Shown piece by piece: positions 9,692-18,832 of a DNA stretch of 64,000 nt. Numbering within the stretch: the first letter of the stretch is position 1; every line of letters starts with the position of its first letter. A program made the position numbers and the translations under genes. The notes under the pieces were generated by a model. That model saw nothing but the letters and a program-made list of their open reading frames with translations. It was not told the DNA's origin and made no database searches. The stretch is from Candidatus Caccovivens sp. (GTDB lineage: Bacteria; Bacillota; Clostridia; Christensenellales; UBA1242). The stretch is taken from positions 64,091 through 128,090 of the forward strand of contig JAZRRN010000049.1 of assembly GCA_045650745.1 (NCBI GenBank), given 5' to 3'.

Positions 9692-10720
9692 TTATGTCTG
9701 GGCAAGTTTGCCCCATGTGTTGATGCCGACAATGCCATCGACAGTCAAAGAATTTTGCTGTTGAAACTGTTTTACGGCATTTTGTGTTTTTTGCCCAAAA
9801 ATTCCATCTATTTCTCCAACTTGTATAAAATTGCTTTCAAGCAGGTTTTGGAGAAAATAGACATAATTTCCGCGAGAATTTAACCTCAAAATTGGATAAG
9901 GTGGCAGTGTGAGTAAATATTGCCAAGTGTTTCGCCCAACAATGCCATCAACAGTCAAAGAATTTTGTTGTTGAAACTGTTTGACTGCGGCAGTTGTAAG
10001 ATTTCCAAAAATTCCGTCAACGGTCAAATTGTAACCAAGTTGATTTAATATAAATTGCAAAAGAAAAACAAAATTGTTTGAAGATCCTTGTCTTATTGTT
10101 GGGTAGTTTTGAAGATCGTCGCGTGGTATGAATGGGACATTTAGATAGTCGCAAACACCGGCACAACACTCTTCACCCACTTCGGTTTGAAAAAGAGGAT
10201 TTATCATCAAGCCAGCTTCTCTTCGATTTGTCATAAACCCTGCTTCAACAAGCGCCGAAGGACAATTTACACTTGACAACACCCCAACATCTAAAGTTTT
10301 TACGCCTCTGCCTGTTTGTGCAGTGCCCTGCAAAAGTTTTTCATACAGGTTTTCTGCCAAAAAACGGCTCTCTGTCGCCCGTCGATTGGTTGGGGAATAA
10401 AACACTTCAACCCCAGATGCATTGTTGAAATTTTCGGTAAAAGCGTTGTAAGCAAATGTGACAAGAAGGGTCAAAGATTGTCGACTGATTCTTCTCACCC
10501 TTTCGTTGATTGAAATGTCGTTTAGTTCAGGTTTGACATCATACACAGAAAAACTATTTCTAAGGCACGCTTCAATAAATTTGTTTTTTGATGCCCTGTT
10601 GAAAATGTTTTCGTATATTTGTCTGTTAAGTTCGATTATGTAAGGGGTTCGTTTGCCTGGAGTTGGTGGATTTTGTCCATGTTCGTCATTTGCCCCTATC
10701 AAAAAAATATCGTTTGCCAT
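9692..10720 (-). CDS. N-acetylmuramoyl-L-alanine amidase (Amidase_3-like) with two C-terminal PG_binding_1 repeats and no signal peptide
   Basis: 342 aa. The sequence VEAGFMTN is typical of Amidase_3. The two C-terminal repeats LTVDGIFG...AVKQFQQQNSLTVDGIVG..TW are also visible as a DNA repeat near 9741 and 9951. Confidence 0.7.
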   Translation of the reverse strand: MANDIFLIGANDEHGQNPPTPGKRTPYIIELNRQIYENIFNRASKNKFIEACLRNSFSVYDVKPELNDISINERVRRISRQSLTLLVTFAYNAFTENFNNASGVEVFYSPTNRRATESRFLAENLYEKLLQGTAQTGRGVKTLDVGVLSSVNCPSALVEAGFMTNRREAGLMINPLFQTEVGEECCAGVCDYLNVPFIPRDDLQNYPTIRQGSSNNFVFLLQFILNQLGYNLTVDGIFGNLTTAAVKQFQQQNSLTVDGIVGRNTWQYLLTLPPYPILRLNSRGNYVYFLQNLLESNFIQVGEIDGIFGQKTQNAVKQFQQQNSLTVDGIVGINTWGKLAQT

Positions 10721-11098
10721 TTTTTCTCCTTTAACTCAATAACTTTTTATGTTTTGAAAGACAAAAGTGTTAAAGACAAAAATAATCTACAAACAAACAA
10801 TTTGTGTTTTTATTCGACAAAAACACACAACAAACAGCATTTAATTTTTAGGGCAACAATGTTTTTGTGTGTTATAATATCAAAGTCGTTTCCTTCAAAA
10901 ACAGTCCCTTGTGACACTTTGAAAGAACAGAAAATTTAATATAGTTTTATGTTGGGCATCAAGGGCAATGTCAAGAGAGACATTGATTTAGTTTGGGAAA
11001 GATATGTTTATCTTAATACTTTTTTGTTTTGCTGTTTTTTTGCAGCAAGTTCCTTTTTTGTCCCAAAACTAAGACTGTATTTTAAAAGGAGAACAAAA

Positions 11099-11482
11099 AT
11101 GAGTGATTCAGATTTGTCTAATATGAGAAGTGTCATAAAACTTGCGCTTATAAAAATTGGGATAAGGTGTGACTTGATTGGATTCAACTATTTGTGTTAT
11201 GCTATCGAACTTGTTATTATCAACCCAAAACTTATACACAAGTTGTGCAAGGGACTTTATTTGGAAGTAGGAAAGAAGTTTGAAACAGACAAAGAAATCT
11301 GTATTGAGCGCAGCATAAGACATGCAATTGAAAACACATACATAAACAAAGGTTTTATCGAACTTAATAGTATGTTTCACGCTCAACTTTACACAATCAA
11401 CGACAAACCCACAGCTGGCGAACTTATCAGACTTGTTGCAGAATATTACAATCTGGGGTTGTATCAATTTAGAGAAAACTAG
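11099..11482 (+). CDS. Stand-alone Spo0A C-terminal (Spo0A_C) DNA-binding domain protein, no receiver domain
   Basis: 127 aa from the ATG after RBS AAAGGAG. ICIERSIRHAIENTY and DKPTAGELIRLVAEYY align with B. subtilis Spo0A ERAIRHAIEVAW and KPTNSEFIAMVAD. Confidence 0.75.
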   Translation: MSDSDLSNMRSVIKLALIKIGIRCDLIGFNYLCYAIELVIINPKLIHKLCKGLYLEVGKKFETDKEICIERSIRHAIENTYINKGFIELNSMFHAQLYTINDKPTAGELIRLVAEYYNLGLYQFREN

Positions 11483-11593
11483 TGGTGGTTTTTTAAGAAA
11501 CTTGCGAGTTTGTTTATTTGAAAACTGGTTATTGAAATTGAGTTTTGTTCGTGGTATAATCTTGTTGAACTGAAAATTTGGAGGGATAACAAA

Positions 11594-12034
11594 ATGAAAC
11601 CATCTGAAGTTGTGATGAATGACAACATTTCAAACAGAGACAAGTTTGGGTTTTATCTTAGGGCAAGAAGAAGCGAAATAGGGATAACTTTGAGAGAGTT
11701 TGCAGAAAAGTTGCATCTTTCTCCTGCATATATTTCTGACATCGAAAAAGGAAACAGATATGCACCAATAAATTATTTGGATCAAGTTGCAGAACTTTTG
11801 AGAGTTGAACAAGAAGAAAGAAATTATCTTTTTGATCTTGCTGGTTGTTCGCATTCAAATTGGCCAGACATAAACGAATATTTAGCAGAAAATCCAAATG
11901 CAAGAAAAGCAATAAGATTGGCAAGAGATAAAAATATGTCGGGCGAAGAATTTTTGGGACTTGTTGAATATTTGGCAAAGAGCTCAAAACAATCATCTGC
12001 TCAACCAACACAATCAAAAGAAAGAACAAAATAA
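11594..12034 (+). CDS. XRE-family helix-turn-helix transcriptional regulator
   Basis: GITLREFAEKLHLSPAYISDIEKGNR is an HTH_3-type motif. Confidence 0.7.
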   Translation: MKPSEVVMNDNISNRDKFGFYLRARRSEIGITLREFAEKLHLSPAYISDIEKGNRYAPINYLDQVAELLRVEQEERNYLFDLAGCSHSNWPDINEYLAENPNARKAIRLARDKNMSGEEFLGLVEYLAKSSKQSSAQPTQSKERTK

Positions 12035-12064
12035 AAAAAGAGGAAAAACCTCTTTTCTTTTTTT

Positions 12065-12901
12065 TTATAATGGATTTTCGCACACATTCATGATTGTGTC
12101 GAATGATTTTTTGTCGTGCAAGGTTGGGTCGGACATGCGTTCGTGTGATTTGATGTATTGTGTCCATTTGATATAGCCATAAGTTGTGTTTGTAAGATAT
12201 CCAAACTTAAGGACAAGCAAAATCCATTGTCCGGCCATAATGTTGAGAGCAATTTCGATAAATGTAACCAGATACCAAGCAATCCACTGTTCGCGATAGC
12301 GCATCAAAATAAACACACCATTTGCAATGCCAATTGCGCTTGCACACGCATCAAGATATGCACCTGCATCTTTGATTGCTTCGTTGTAAGAAAGAATGCC
12401 TTCTGCATCAATCATTGAGATAAGATAACCAACAACAACAGTCCAAACTGCAATTGATGCAACCAAAATCAAATCTTGCCACCAGTTGAGTTTTTTTACT
12501 TTTGTCAAAGTTTCTGTTTTTCTGTCTTTGTGTTTTTGCCAGAAGAAGAAACTTGCAATGTCAATAGGGATCCAGAAGAACAAAGTTACTGCACAAGTTG
12601 CCCAGCGATAAGCACAAACAATGCAAAGGGCAATTTCTGTAAATTCAACCAAAAGCGAAACCATAAAGTTCCATTTGCTTTGTTTTGAAATCAACAGTTC
12701 GCAAGCGACATTTGAGATGATGTCGATTATGTAAAGCATCATGACAAGTTTTGGATTGATTGCAAGTTCTTCCGAGTCTTCAGGGAAGAGAATTGTAAAC
12801 AAAATTGTCAAAATAAGAATGCTTGAAAACCAAATCTTTTCGTATAATGTGAAATAATTCCACAGTCTGACCAACCAATTTTTCTTTTTTGTATTTTCCA
12901 T
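12065..12901 (-). CDS. pnuC: PnuC-like nicotinamide riboside transporter
   Basis: About 278 aa from MENTKKKNW, after RBS AGGAG. Seven or so TM helices. The Trp-rich N-terminus and the length fit PnuC. This is a family-level call only. Confidence 0.55.
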   Translation of the reverse strand: MENTKKKNWLVRLWNYFTLYEKIWFSSILILTILFTILFPEDSEELAINPKLVMMLYIIDIISNVACELLISKQSKWNFMVSLLVEFTEIALCIVCAYRWATCAVTLFFWIPIDIASFFFWQKHKDRKTETLTKVKKLNWWQDLILVASIAVWTVVVGYLISMIDAEGILSYNEAIKDAGAYLDACASAIGIANGVFILMRYREQWIAWYLVTFIEIALNIMAGQWILLVLKFGYLTNTTYGYIKWTQYIKSHERMSDPTLHDKKSFDTIMNVCENPL

Positions 12902-13026
12902 AATAAAATTTCTCCTAAAAACAACATTATTATATATTTTGTACATGACTTTTGTCAAATTGATAACTTACTTTACAAATCAAAAAAAATAATGTAAAAT
13001 CTAAGGGTAACAAAAGGAAGAAAGCT

Positions 13027-14280
13027 ATGTATTTTGATATTGAAAAATCGTTGCTTGAAAAAGCAACAGAAGCAGAAAACGAATGTGCAGAAATGTTTAA
13101 GAAATACGACGAGTTGTGTTTGCTTAACTCGGCAAAAATTTTGAAAGCTTTTCAAGATAAACAACTTTCAAGCACAGATTTTATTGAAGTAAACGGCTAT
13201 GGTGCTTATGATGCAGGAAGAGACAAACTTGAGGCAATTTATGCTCAAATTTTTGGTGCTGAAGACGCTTTGGTGAGACCTCAAATTATGTCAGGAACTC
13301 ACGCTTTGGCATTGACATTTTTTGGTCTTTTGAAGCATGGCGATACCATGATTTCAATCACAGGAAAACCTTATGACTCGTTGCAAACAATCATCGGGAT
13401 TGAGGGAGACAGCAGAAATTCGCTTATCAAACATGGGATTAAATACGAACAAATTGATTTGGTTGACAATGCAGATTTTGACATTGAAAAAATTATTGCA
13501 AGACTCAAACAAAGCAAGGTCAGATTGATTGAAATTCAAAGATCAAGAGGTTATGCACACAGACAAAGCTTGTCAATTGAAAAAATTGAAAGAGTTTGCA
13601 AGGCAATCAGAGAAGTTGACAAAGATGTCATCATAATGGTTGACAACTGTTATGGAGATTTGGTTGAAGATAGAGAACCAACCCATGTTGGTGCAGATGT
13701 TGTGGTTGGATCTTTGATGAAAAACCTTGGTGGTGGAATTTGCAAGAGTGGTGGATATATGGTCGGCACAAAAGAGTGCATTAGCGACATTGCAGAAAGA
13801 TTTTCAGCACCAGGCACAGGAAAGGAATTGGGTGCAAACTTCAACGAAAACCTCAACTATTTCAAAGGTCTTTATTTTGCACCACATGCAGTGTGTTCGA
13901 GTTTGAAAACTATGACATTTGCAAGCAGACTTTTGCAAAAACTTGGTTTTGATGTCGATCCATTGTTTGACGAACACCGCACAGATATTATTCAAACAAT
14001 TAATCTTGGAAATGTTGAAAATATGATCAACTTTCATATAGGCATTCAAAAAGGATCGCCTGTTGACAGTTATGTGACACCTGTGCCAGGTCCAATGGCC
14101 GGATATCCTCATGATGAAATCATGGCATCAGGAACTTTCACTCAAGGATCAACAATCGAACTCTCTTGCGATGGCCCAATGGTAGAACCTTACACAGCAT
14201 ATATGCAAGGTGGTTTGACTTATGAATATGGCAAACTTGGCATTTTGATTGGTTTGAATGAAATTTTGAAAAATAAATAA
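13027..14280 (+). CDS. PLP-dependent methionine gamma-lyase-family protein (YnbB / aluminium-resistance type)
   Basis: 417 aa. NGYGAYDAGRDKLEAIYAQIFGAEDALVRPQIMSGTHAL matches the YnbB-type family. Confidence 0.7.
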   Translation: MYFDIEKSLLEKATEAENECAEMFKKYDELCLLNSAKILKAFQDKQLSSTDFIEVNGYGAYDAGRDKLEAIYAQIFGAEDALVRPQIMSGTHALALTFFGLLKHGDTMISITGKPYDSLQTIIGIEGDSRNSLIKHGIKYEQIDLVDNADFDIEKIIARLKQSKVRLIEIQRSRGYAHRQSLSIEKIERVCKAIREVDKDVIIMVDNCYGDLVEDREPTHVGADVVVGSLMKNLGGGICKSGGYMVGTKECISDIAERFSAPGTGKELGANFNENLNYFKGLYFAPHAVCSSLKTMTFASRLLQKLGFDVDPLFDEHRTDIIQTINLGNVENMINFHIGIQKGSPVDSYVTPVPGPMAGYPHDEIMASGTFTQGSTIELSCDGPMVEPYTAYMQGGLTYEYGKLGILIGLNEILKNK

Positions 14281-14364
14281 AAATAATTAAATAAATTGAA
14301 AATTATTTTAATTATTAAAAATTTAAATAAATAATAAAAAAATATTAAAAAATATTAAAAAATT

Positions 14365-14395
14365 AAAAAAAACACCGATTTTTTGGTGTTTTTTT
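14365..14395. terminator. Bidirectional terminator between convergent genes
   Basis: An A-run, then ACACC, GATTTTTT, GGTGT, then a T-run, inside a 145-bp spacer that is almost entirely A/T. Confidence 0.6.
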
Positions 14396-14425
14396 AATAA
14401 AAATTTAATTTTAATTTATTTATTT

Positions 14426-15736
14426 TTATATTTTTGCCAAATTAAAATTTGAATAATTCGAGTCGTTTGTAACCTCTTTCAAAACTTCAATTTGTGGTGG
14501 AAAATATATTTTTTGATCTTCTGCTTGAAGCTCGATTTCCATAATTGCTTGGTTGTCCCAGAAAGGATAGATGTCAATTTCGAAGTATTGGTTTTTATAA
14601 ACTAAACAATATCTAGTTTTTCTGATTTGTTTGCAAGAAGTGTCAGCACTCATAAGAAGATTGAGATATTCTTCTTGCGAAATCCTTTCTTCAAATTCGA
14701 TACGCTTGATGTTTGACAGTTGTTTTTTTGTTGTTTTTGTGTAAACAAAACTTCCGTTTTGACCTCTTTGGCGAACTCTCATTTCGACACCATCTTCTGA
14801 TTTGAGATAAGTTTGAATGATTTCTACCTTTGTGCAATTTGCATCGTTTTCGAGAGATTTGATAGAAGGATATTTGATAAGAAACTTTCTTTCAATTTCA
14901 TAAGGTTCTGGTTCGCCCAAAAACAAAGATATTTCTGAAAGAAGTCGTTGCATTTTTGTTTTGAAATCTGTCGAGTTGTCAATTATACGCAAATGTGGGT
15001 GGCCTGTCCAAGCAGAAATGATAGAGTTGTCTTTTTCGATTGCTTCTTCAATTGTTTCGGTGCGTGCTTTGTTGTTTGAAAGGGTGTAAAACTCTTCTGC
15101 ACCTTTTGCTGCTGTTGTAAGATGAAAAACTGCATCATAGTCATCACGCAAATTTTCTTCTTTCAAACCAAACTGTTTGAGCGTTTTGTAAAATTCGTTT
15201 TCAGAATCGAAATAACTCTTGCCGTCCATTGTGCCTCTGTCGCAAACAATCAACACTTTTTCTTTGTCTGCAATCATGTGTGCAGCATCTTCAAAAAGTT
15301 TTTCTTTGTGTTTTTGGTGTTTGAGCACGCAAATTTGAAATTTTGTTGTATTTTCCATTGTCCAAGGCGCGATGCCTGCCAAGATAAGTTCGGTTGCAGT
15401 TTCTGGAACAAACAACACAGCCCAACCTTTTTTCTCAAATTCGGTTTGAATCCAGGTCATTGCTGTTGATTTGCCTGCACATGGACCACCTGTGATGACA
15501 ATTTTGCAGATTTGTTTTTTCTTTTTTTCGGCTTGCATTGAAACAAGTTGTTGAAGATCTACTCCAAAAATGTCTGCAAGTTTGACGAGTTGAACAAGTG
15601 CTGGTTTTGCATCTCCGTTTTCCCATTTTGAAACTGCCTTATTTGTTATGCCAAGTTTTTTTGCAAGCGCCTCTTGTGAAAGCCCCACTTCTTTTCGCAA
15701 TGAATAAAGATAATTTCCATATTCAAAATCTTTCAT
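14426..15736 (-). CDS. Three-domain fusion: XRE HTH, AAA_28 (NadR-kinase-like P-loop ATPase) and CYTH triphosphate-tunnel domain
   Basis: Start MKDFEYG follows RBS AAGGGG. HTH: GLSQEALAKKLGITNKAVSKWENG. P-loop: VITGGPCAGKST followed by FVPETATELI. C-terminal CYTH signature: YEIERKFLI. Confidence 0.7.
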   Translation of the reverse strand: MKDFEYGNYLYSLRKEVGLSQEALAKKLGITNKAVSKWENGDAKPALVQLVKLADIFGVDLQQLVSMQAEKKKKQICKIVITGGPCAGKSTAMTWIQTEFEKKGWAVLFVPETATELILAGIAPWTMENTTKFQICVLKHQKHKEKLFEDAAHMIADKEKVLIVCDRGTMDGKSYFDSENEFYKTLKQFGLKEENLRDDYDAVFHLTTAAKGAEEFYTLSNNKARTETIEEAIEKDNSIISAWTGHPHLRIIDNSTDFKTKMQRLLSEISLFLGEPEPYEIERKFLIKYPSIKSLENDANCTKVEIIQTYLKSEDGVEMRVRQRGQNGSFVYTKTTKKQLSNIKRIEFEERISQEEYLNLLMSADTSCKQIRKTRYCLVYKNQYFEIDIYPFWDNQAIMEIELQAEDQKIYFPPQIEVLKEVTNDSNYSNFNLAKI

Positions 15737-15851
15737 AAACACCCCTTTTACGCAATTATTATAACAAACAAAACAACATTTTTCAATCATTCGATGTCGA
15801 ATGGTGGTAGATATCTACAAAAAAAAGAAAAAGGTGCAATCGCACCTTTCT

Positions 15852-16487
15852 TTATTCTTCGTCGTCAGTTTCTTCAAATTCGCCGAGTTTGTATTCTCTT
15901 TTGATTTTGATGTCATATTGTCTTACATGCACTTTGGCATTCATAAGTCGATAAGCTTTCAGTTGTTCTCGTTTTAAGTCAGAATGATCTTCAATGATGA
16001 TTTCAATTCCGTCCCACAAGAAAAGCCAACCGACAACATCGAGCAATGACCACAATGGGCTAAGATCAAGCAAGCAGAAAACTGCTTCGAGTGTCAAAAT
16101 GACAACTCCAAGAAAAACAAACAACAATCCTTGAATAAGGTTTTTTCTGAGTTGTCTGTCTGCAGCAACGGCTTGTTCGGCATAATGTCTTTTGATTGTT
16201 TGACGAATCCTTGTTTTTTCAACATTTGTTGTTGGGTTTTCTGTGTAAAAGTCAATGCACACATCATCTTCAAATGGGATTGATCCTTCACAAATGTCGA
16301 TATATTCACTTACTTCTGTGTTGAGAAGTTCGTATGTCTTGTAGGCAAATGGCGAATAGATGTCGTCTGCATTTTGAATGCCGACATTGATGATTGCTCT
16401 GCCTTCTTTGTCATAATATTGTTCCTCAGCGTCACGCCAAGCAACACTCTTTTTAAGTTTTTTGATTTGTCTGCGTCTTCTAAGCAT
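15852..16487 (-). CDS. Hypothetical two-TM membrane protein
   Basis: 211-aa ORF with two adjacent hydrophobic helices (LIQGLLFVFLGVVILTLEAVFCLL and LWSLLDVVGWLFLW). No motif recognised. Confidence 0.4.
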   Translation of the reverse strand: MLRRRRQIKKLKKSVAWRDAEEQYYDKEGRAIINVGIQNADDIYSPFAYKTYELLNTEVSEYIDICEGSIPFEDDVCIDFYTENPTTNVEKTRIRQTIKRHYAEQAVAADRQLRKNLIQGLLFVFLGVVILTLEAVFCLLDLSPLWSLLDVVGWLFLWDGIEIIIEDHSDLKREQLKAYRLMNAKVHVRQYDIKIKREYKLGEFEETDDEE

Positions 16488-16499
16488 TTTTGTCTCCTG

Positions 16500-17912
16500 T
16501 TAAATTGATATGCTTCCGATTTTGTTTGCTTTGAGGGTGTTGTCCCACAAATTGTTTGCAAACTGAATGTAATAAGCAAAATCTTGATTGTTGTAGCCGT
16601 TGTGAAGTGCAACATATACGGTGTATTTGCCATTTTTGTTTGGTTTTGTGGCTGCAACATTTATTTCGTTTTCGCCGGCATATTGGCCAACGGTTGTTTG
16701 GTGTGCGATTTTTCCATCTTCGCCCACAAACAAAATTGTGATATCTTTTGCACGATTGAGATTTCCAAAACCAACATTTTTTATGTTGAGTTTTATGTTG
16801 ATTTTTGAAGTGTCATTTTGTATGGTTGATTGTGTAAGCACAAATCTGTAACCCATGTGATTTTTGATGTAATCATAGGCAGTTTGTCCATAATACAACT
16901 TGTCATTTCCACAAGTTTGATTGTAAGTGGTTGTTTTCCACTTTTCCACAACTTGGGCATCATAACTGTTGTTGAGATATGACAAGTGAAGAGATTTCAT
17001 TTCTGCCAAGCACTTTTCTATGTTGTTTAAGTCACTTTCAACTTTCAAAACTTCGCCACCATAAGGCATGTGATTTGAAATTTGTTGAGAAATCCAAGCA
17101 ACTTCTTTTTCTCTGTTTGTGTAAGTGCCCATATCATTTTCGGTGGACAAGAATGCATCGTTGAAAAGTCCAAGTCTGTAATATGAGGCAAGTGGATTGA
17201 TTGTTGCGTTTTCCAAATCGTTTACGCTTATGTCGAAAAAGTCGTAAATCATTTTTGGGGTTCTTACCAAAATGTAAGTGTTGGTTGTGTTGTTGAGAAA
17301 TGTTTGAATGATTGTGTTTATGTTTTCGCTTGTTGCCAAAGCGCTTGTGTGCATTTCTCCCCAAGGCCCGATAAGTCCTGCTTCGATTGCAGTGATTGTT
17401 GTTTCAAATTTGTTTGCGATTTCGCATATTTGCACAATGTGTGTGGAAATCATTTGCATAGATGGTTCTTTGTCCACATCACTTCCAAAATCTGGTGCAT
17501 AACAAAATCTCAAAATTGCGTTTTTGTTTTTTGTTTTGAGTGTTTGCAAAACGCCTTCGATGCCATCAACTGCAGCTTGAGTTAGCGCCAAATCTTCAAC
17601 AGTGTTGTTTGCTTGCGAAAACTCGCTGATGTCAAGTCGAAGATGATAAATTTGAAATTCATCTGTGACATATTGATTGTCCCACTCAACGCCTGTCGCA
17701 GAAACTTTGATAGGTAAAGGTTTGTAAAATCCTTGATCTGGATTGTTTATTGTTGTGACAACTTCTGCATAGTTTAGATCTTGCACGCCGTTTGTTGGGT
17801 CTTTGTGATGTCTGTTGTTTGAAAGCACTGCCCCAACAACAATCGCAACCACAAAAGCTGCAAAACCTAGAAACTTGTATAAGAAGTTTGAAACAGATTC
17901 TCTTGAAGCCAT
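16500..17912 (-). CDS. Membrane-anchored DUF4874/DUF4832-like (glycoside-hydrolase-like) exported protein
   Basis: Start MASRES follows RBS AAGGAG. N-terminal TM anchor present. LRFCYAPDF and GLIGPWGEMH resemble the DUF4832-type GFIGxWGEWH core. Confidence 0.45.
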   Translation of the reverse strand: MASRESVSNFLYKFLGFAAFVVAIVVGAVLSNNRHHKDPTNGVQDLNYAEVVTTINNPDQGFYKPLPIKVSATGVEWDNQYVTDEFQIYHLRLDISEFSQANNTVEDLALTQAAVDGIEGVLQTLKTKNKNAILRFCYAPDFGSDVDKEPSMQMISTHIVQICEIANKFETTITAIEAGLIGPWGEMHTSALATSENINTIIQTFLNNTTNTYILVRTPKMIYDFFDISVNDLENATINPLASYYRLGLFNDAFLSTENDMGTYTNREKEVAWISQQISNHMPYGGEVLKVESDLNNIEKCLAEMKSLHLSYLNNSYDAQVVEKWKTTTYNQTCGNDKLYYGQTAYDYIKNHMGYRFVLTQSTIQNDTSKINIKLNIKNVGFGNLNRAKDITILFVGEDGKIAHQTTVGQYAGENEINVAATKPNKNGKYTVYVALHNGYNNQDFAYYIQFANNLWDNTLKANKIGSISI

Positions 17913-18040
17913 AAAATCTCCTTTTATTATTATAGCACAAACAAATATGTTTTTGCAAAACACTAAATTAAAAACAACAAGTTTTAACTTTTTTTGATTT
18001 TTGATGTTTTGTGTGATATAATCTTGCCAAAGGAAAAGTT

Positions 18041-18811
18041 ATGGACGCAATAGAAAAATATTACAACAAATTCAACGAAGACAAACGCTTGCTTTCTCGC
18101 CACGGCCAAGTGGAATTTGCTGTGACAATGAAATATATTGAAGAATGTGTTGCTGGCAGACAAGGTCTCAAAATTTTGGATATTGGTGCTGGCACAGGGA
18201 GATATTCGATTGCTCTGCATGAGCAAGGTCATCAAGTTTGCGCACTTGAATATGTCAAAAAAAATTTGAGTGTGCTTAAACAAAATGCCCCATACCTTGA
18301 TGCAAGACAAGGGACTGCGTTGGATTTGAAGAAATATAAAGACGAAAGTTTTGACATTGTTTTGTTGTTTGGGCCAATGTATCATCTTTTTAGCGAAGAA
18401 GACAAAGTCAGGGCGTTGACAGAAGCAAAAAGAGTTGTCAAAAAAGATGGACATATTTTGGTGGCTTATTTGATGAATGAATATGCCGTGATAACCTACG
18501 CATTTAAAGAAGGAAATTTGAAAAAGTGTTTGCAAGAAAAAATGCTTGACGAAAGTTTTCATTGTCAAACAAGCGAAAAAGATTTGTATAGTTATGTAAG
18601 GATTGAAGATATAAACATTTTCAATCAAAAAGCAGGTTTGCAAAGAAAAAAAATAATTGGGGTTGATGGTGCGACTGACTATATAAGACCAGTTTTAAAC
18701 AAACTGTCAGAAGAAGAATTTGAAGTGTTTGTCAAATATCAAATGTCAATTTGCGAAAGACAAGATTTGATTGGTGCATCTTCGCACACACTCGACATAT
18801 TGCAAAAATAA
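18041..18811 (+). CDS. Class I SAM-dependent methyltransferase
   Basis: Motif I ILDIGAGTGRYS is present. 256 aa. Confidence 0.75.
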   Translation: MDAIEKYYNKFNEDKRLLSRHGQVEFAVTMKYIEECVAGRQGLKILDIGAGTGRYSIALHEQGHQVCALEYVKKNLSVLKQNAPYLDARQGTALDLKKYKDESFDIVLLFGPMYHLFSEEDKVRALTEAKRVVKKDGHILVAYLMNEYAVITYAFKEGNLKKCLQEKMLDESFHCQTSEKDLYSYVRIEDINIFNQKAGLQRKKIIGVDGATDYIRPVLNKLSEEEFEVFVKYQMSICERQDLIGASSHTLDILQK

Positions 18812-18832
18812 AAAGATGGAGTTCTCCATCTT

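Noticed and set aside
17984-18643. 219-aa minus-strand ORF overlapping the methyltransferase gene, plus similar long antisense ORFs at 24021-24608, 32870-33442, 34992-35819, 36054-36479, 38173-38592, 5081-5545 and 11658-12167
   Set aside because: In each case the opposite strand encodes a protein with clear family motifs. The antisense products are Phe/Cys/Ile-rich with no motifs.
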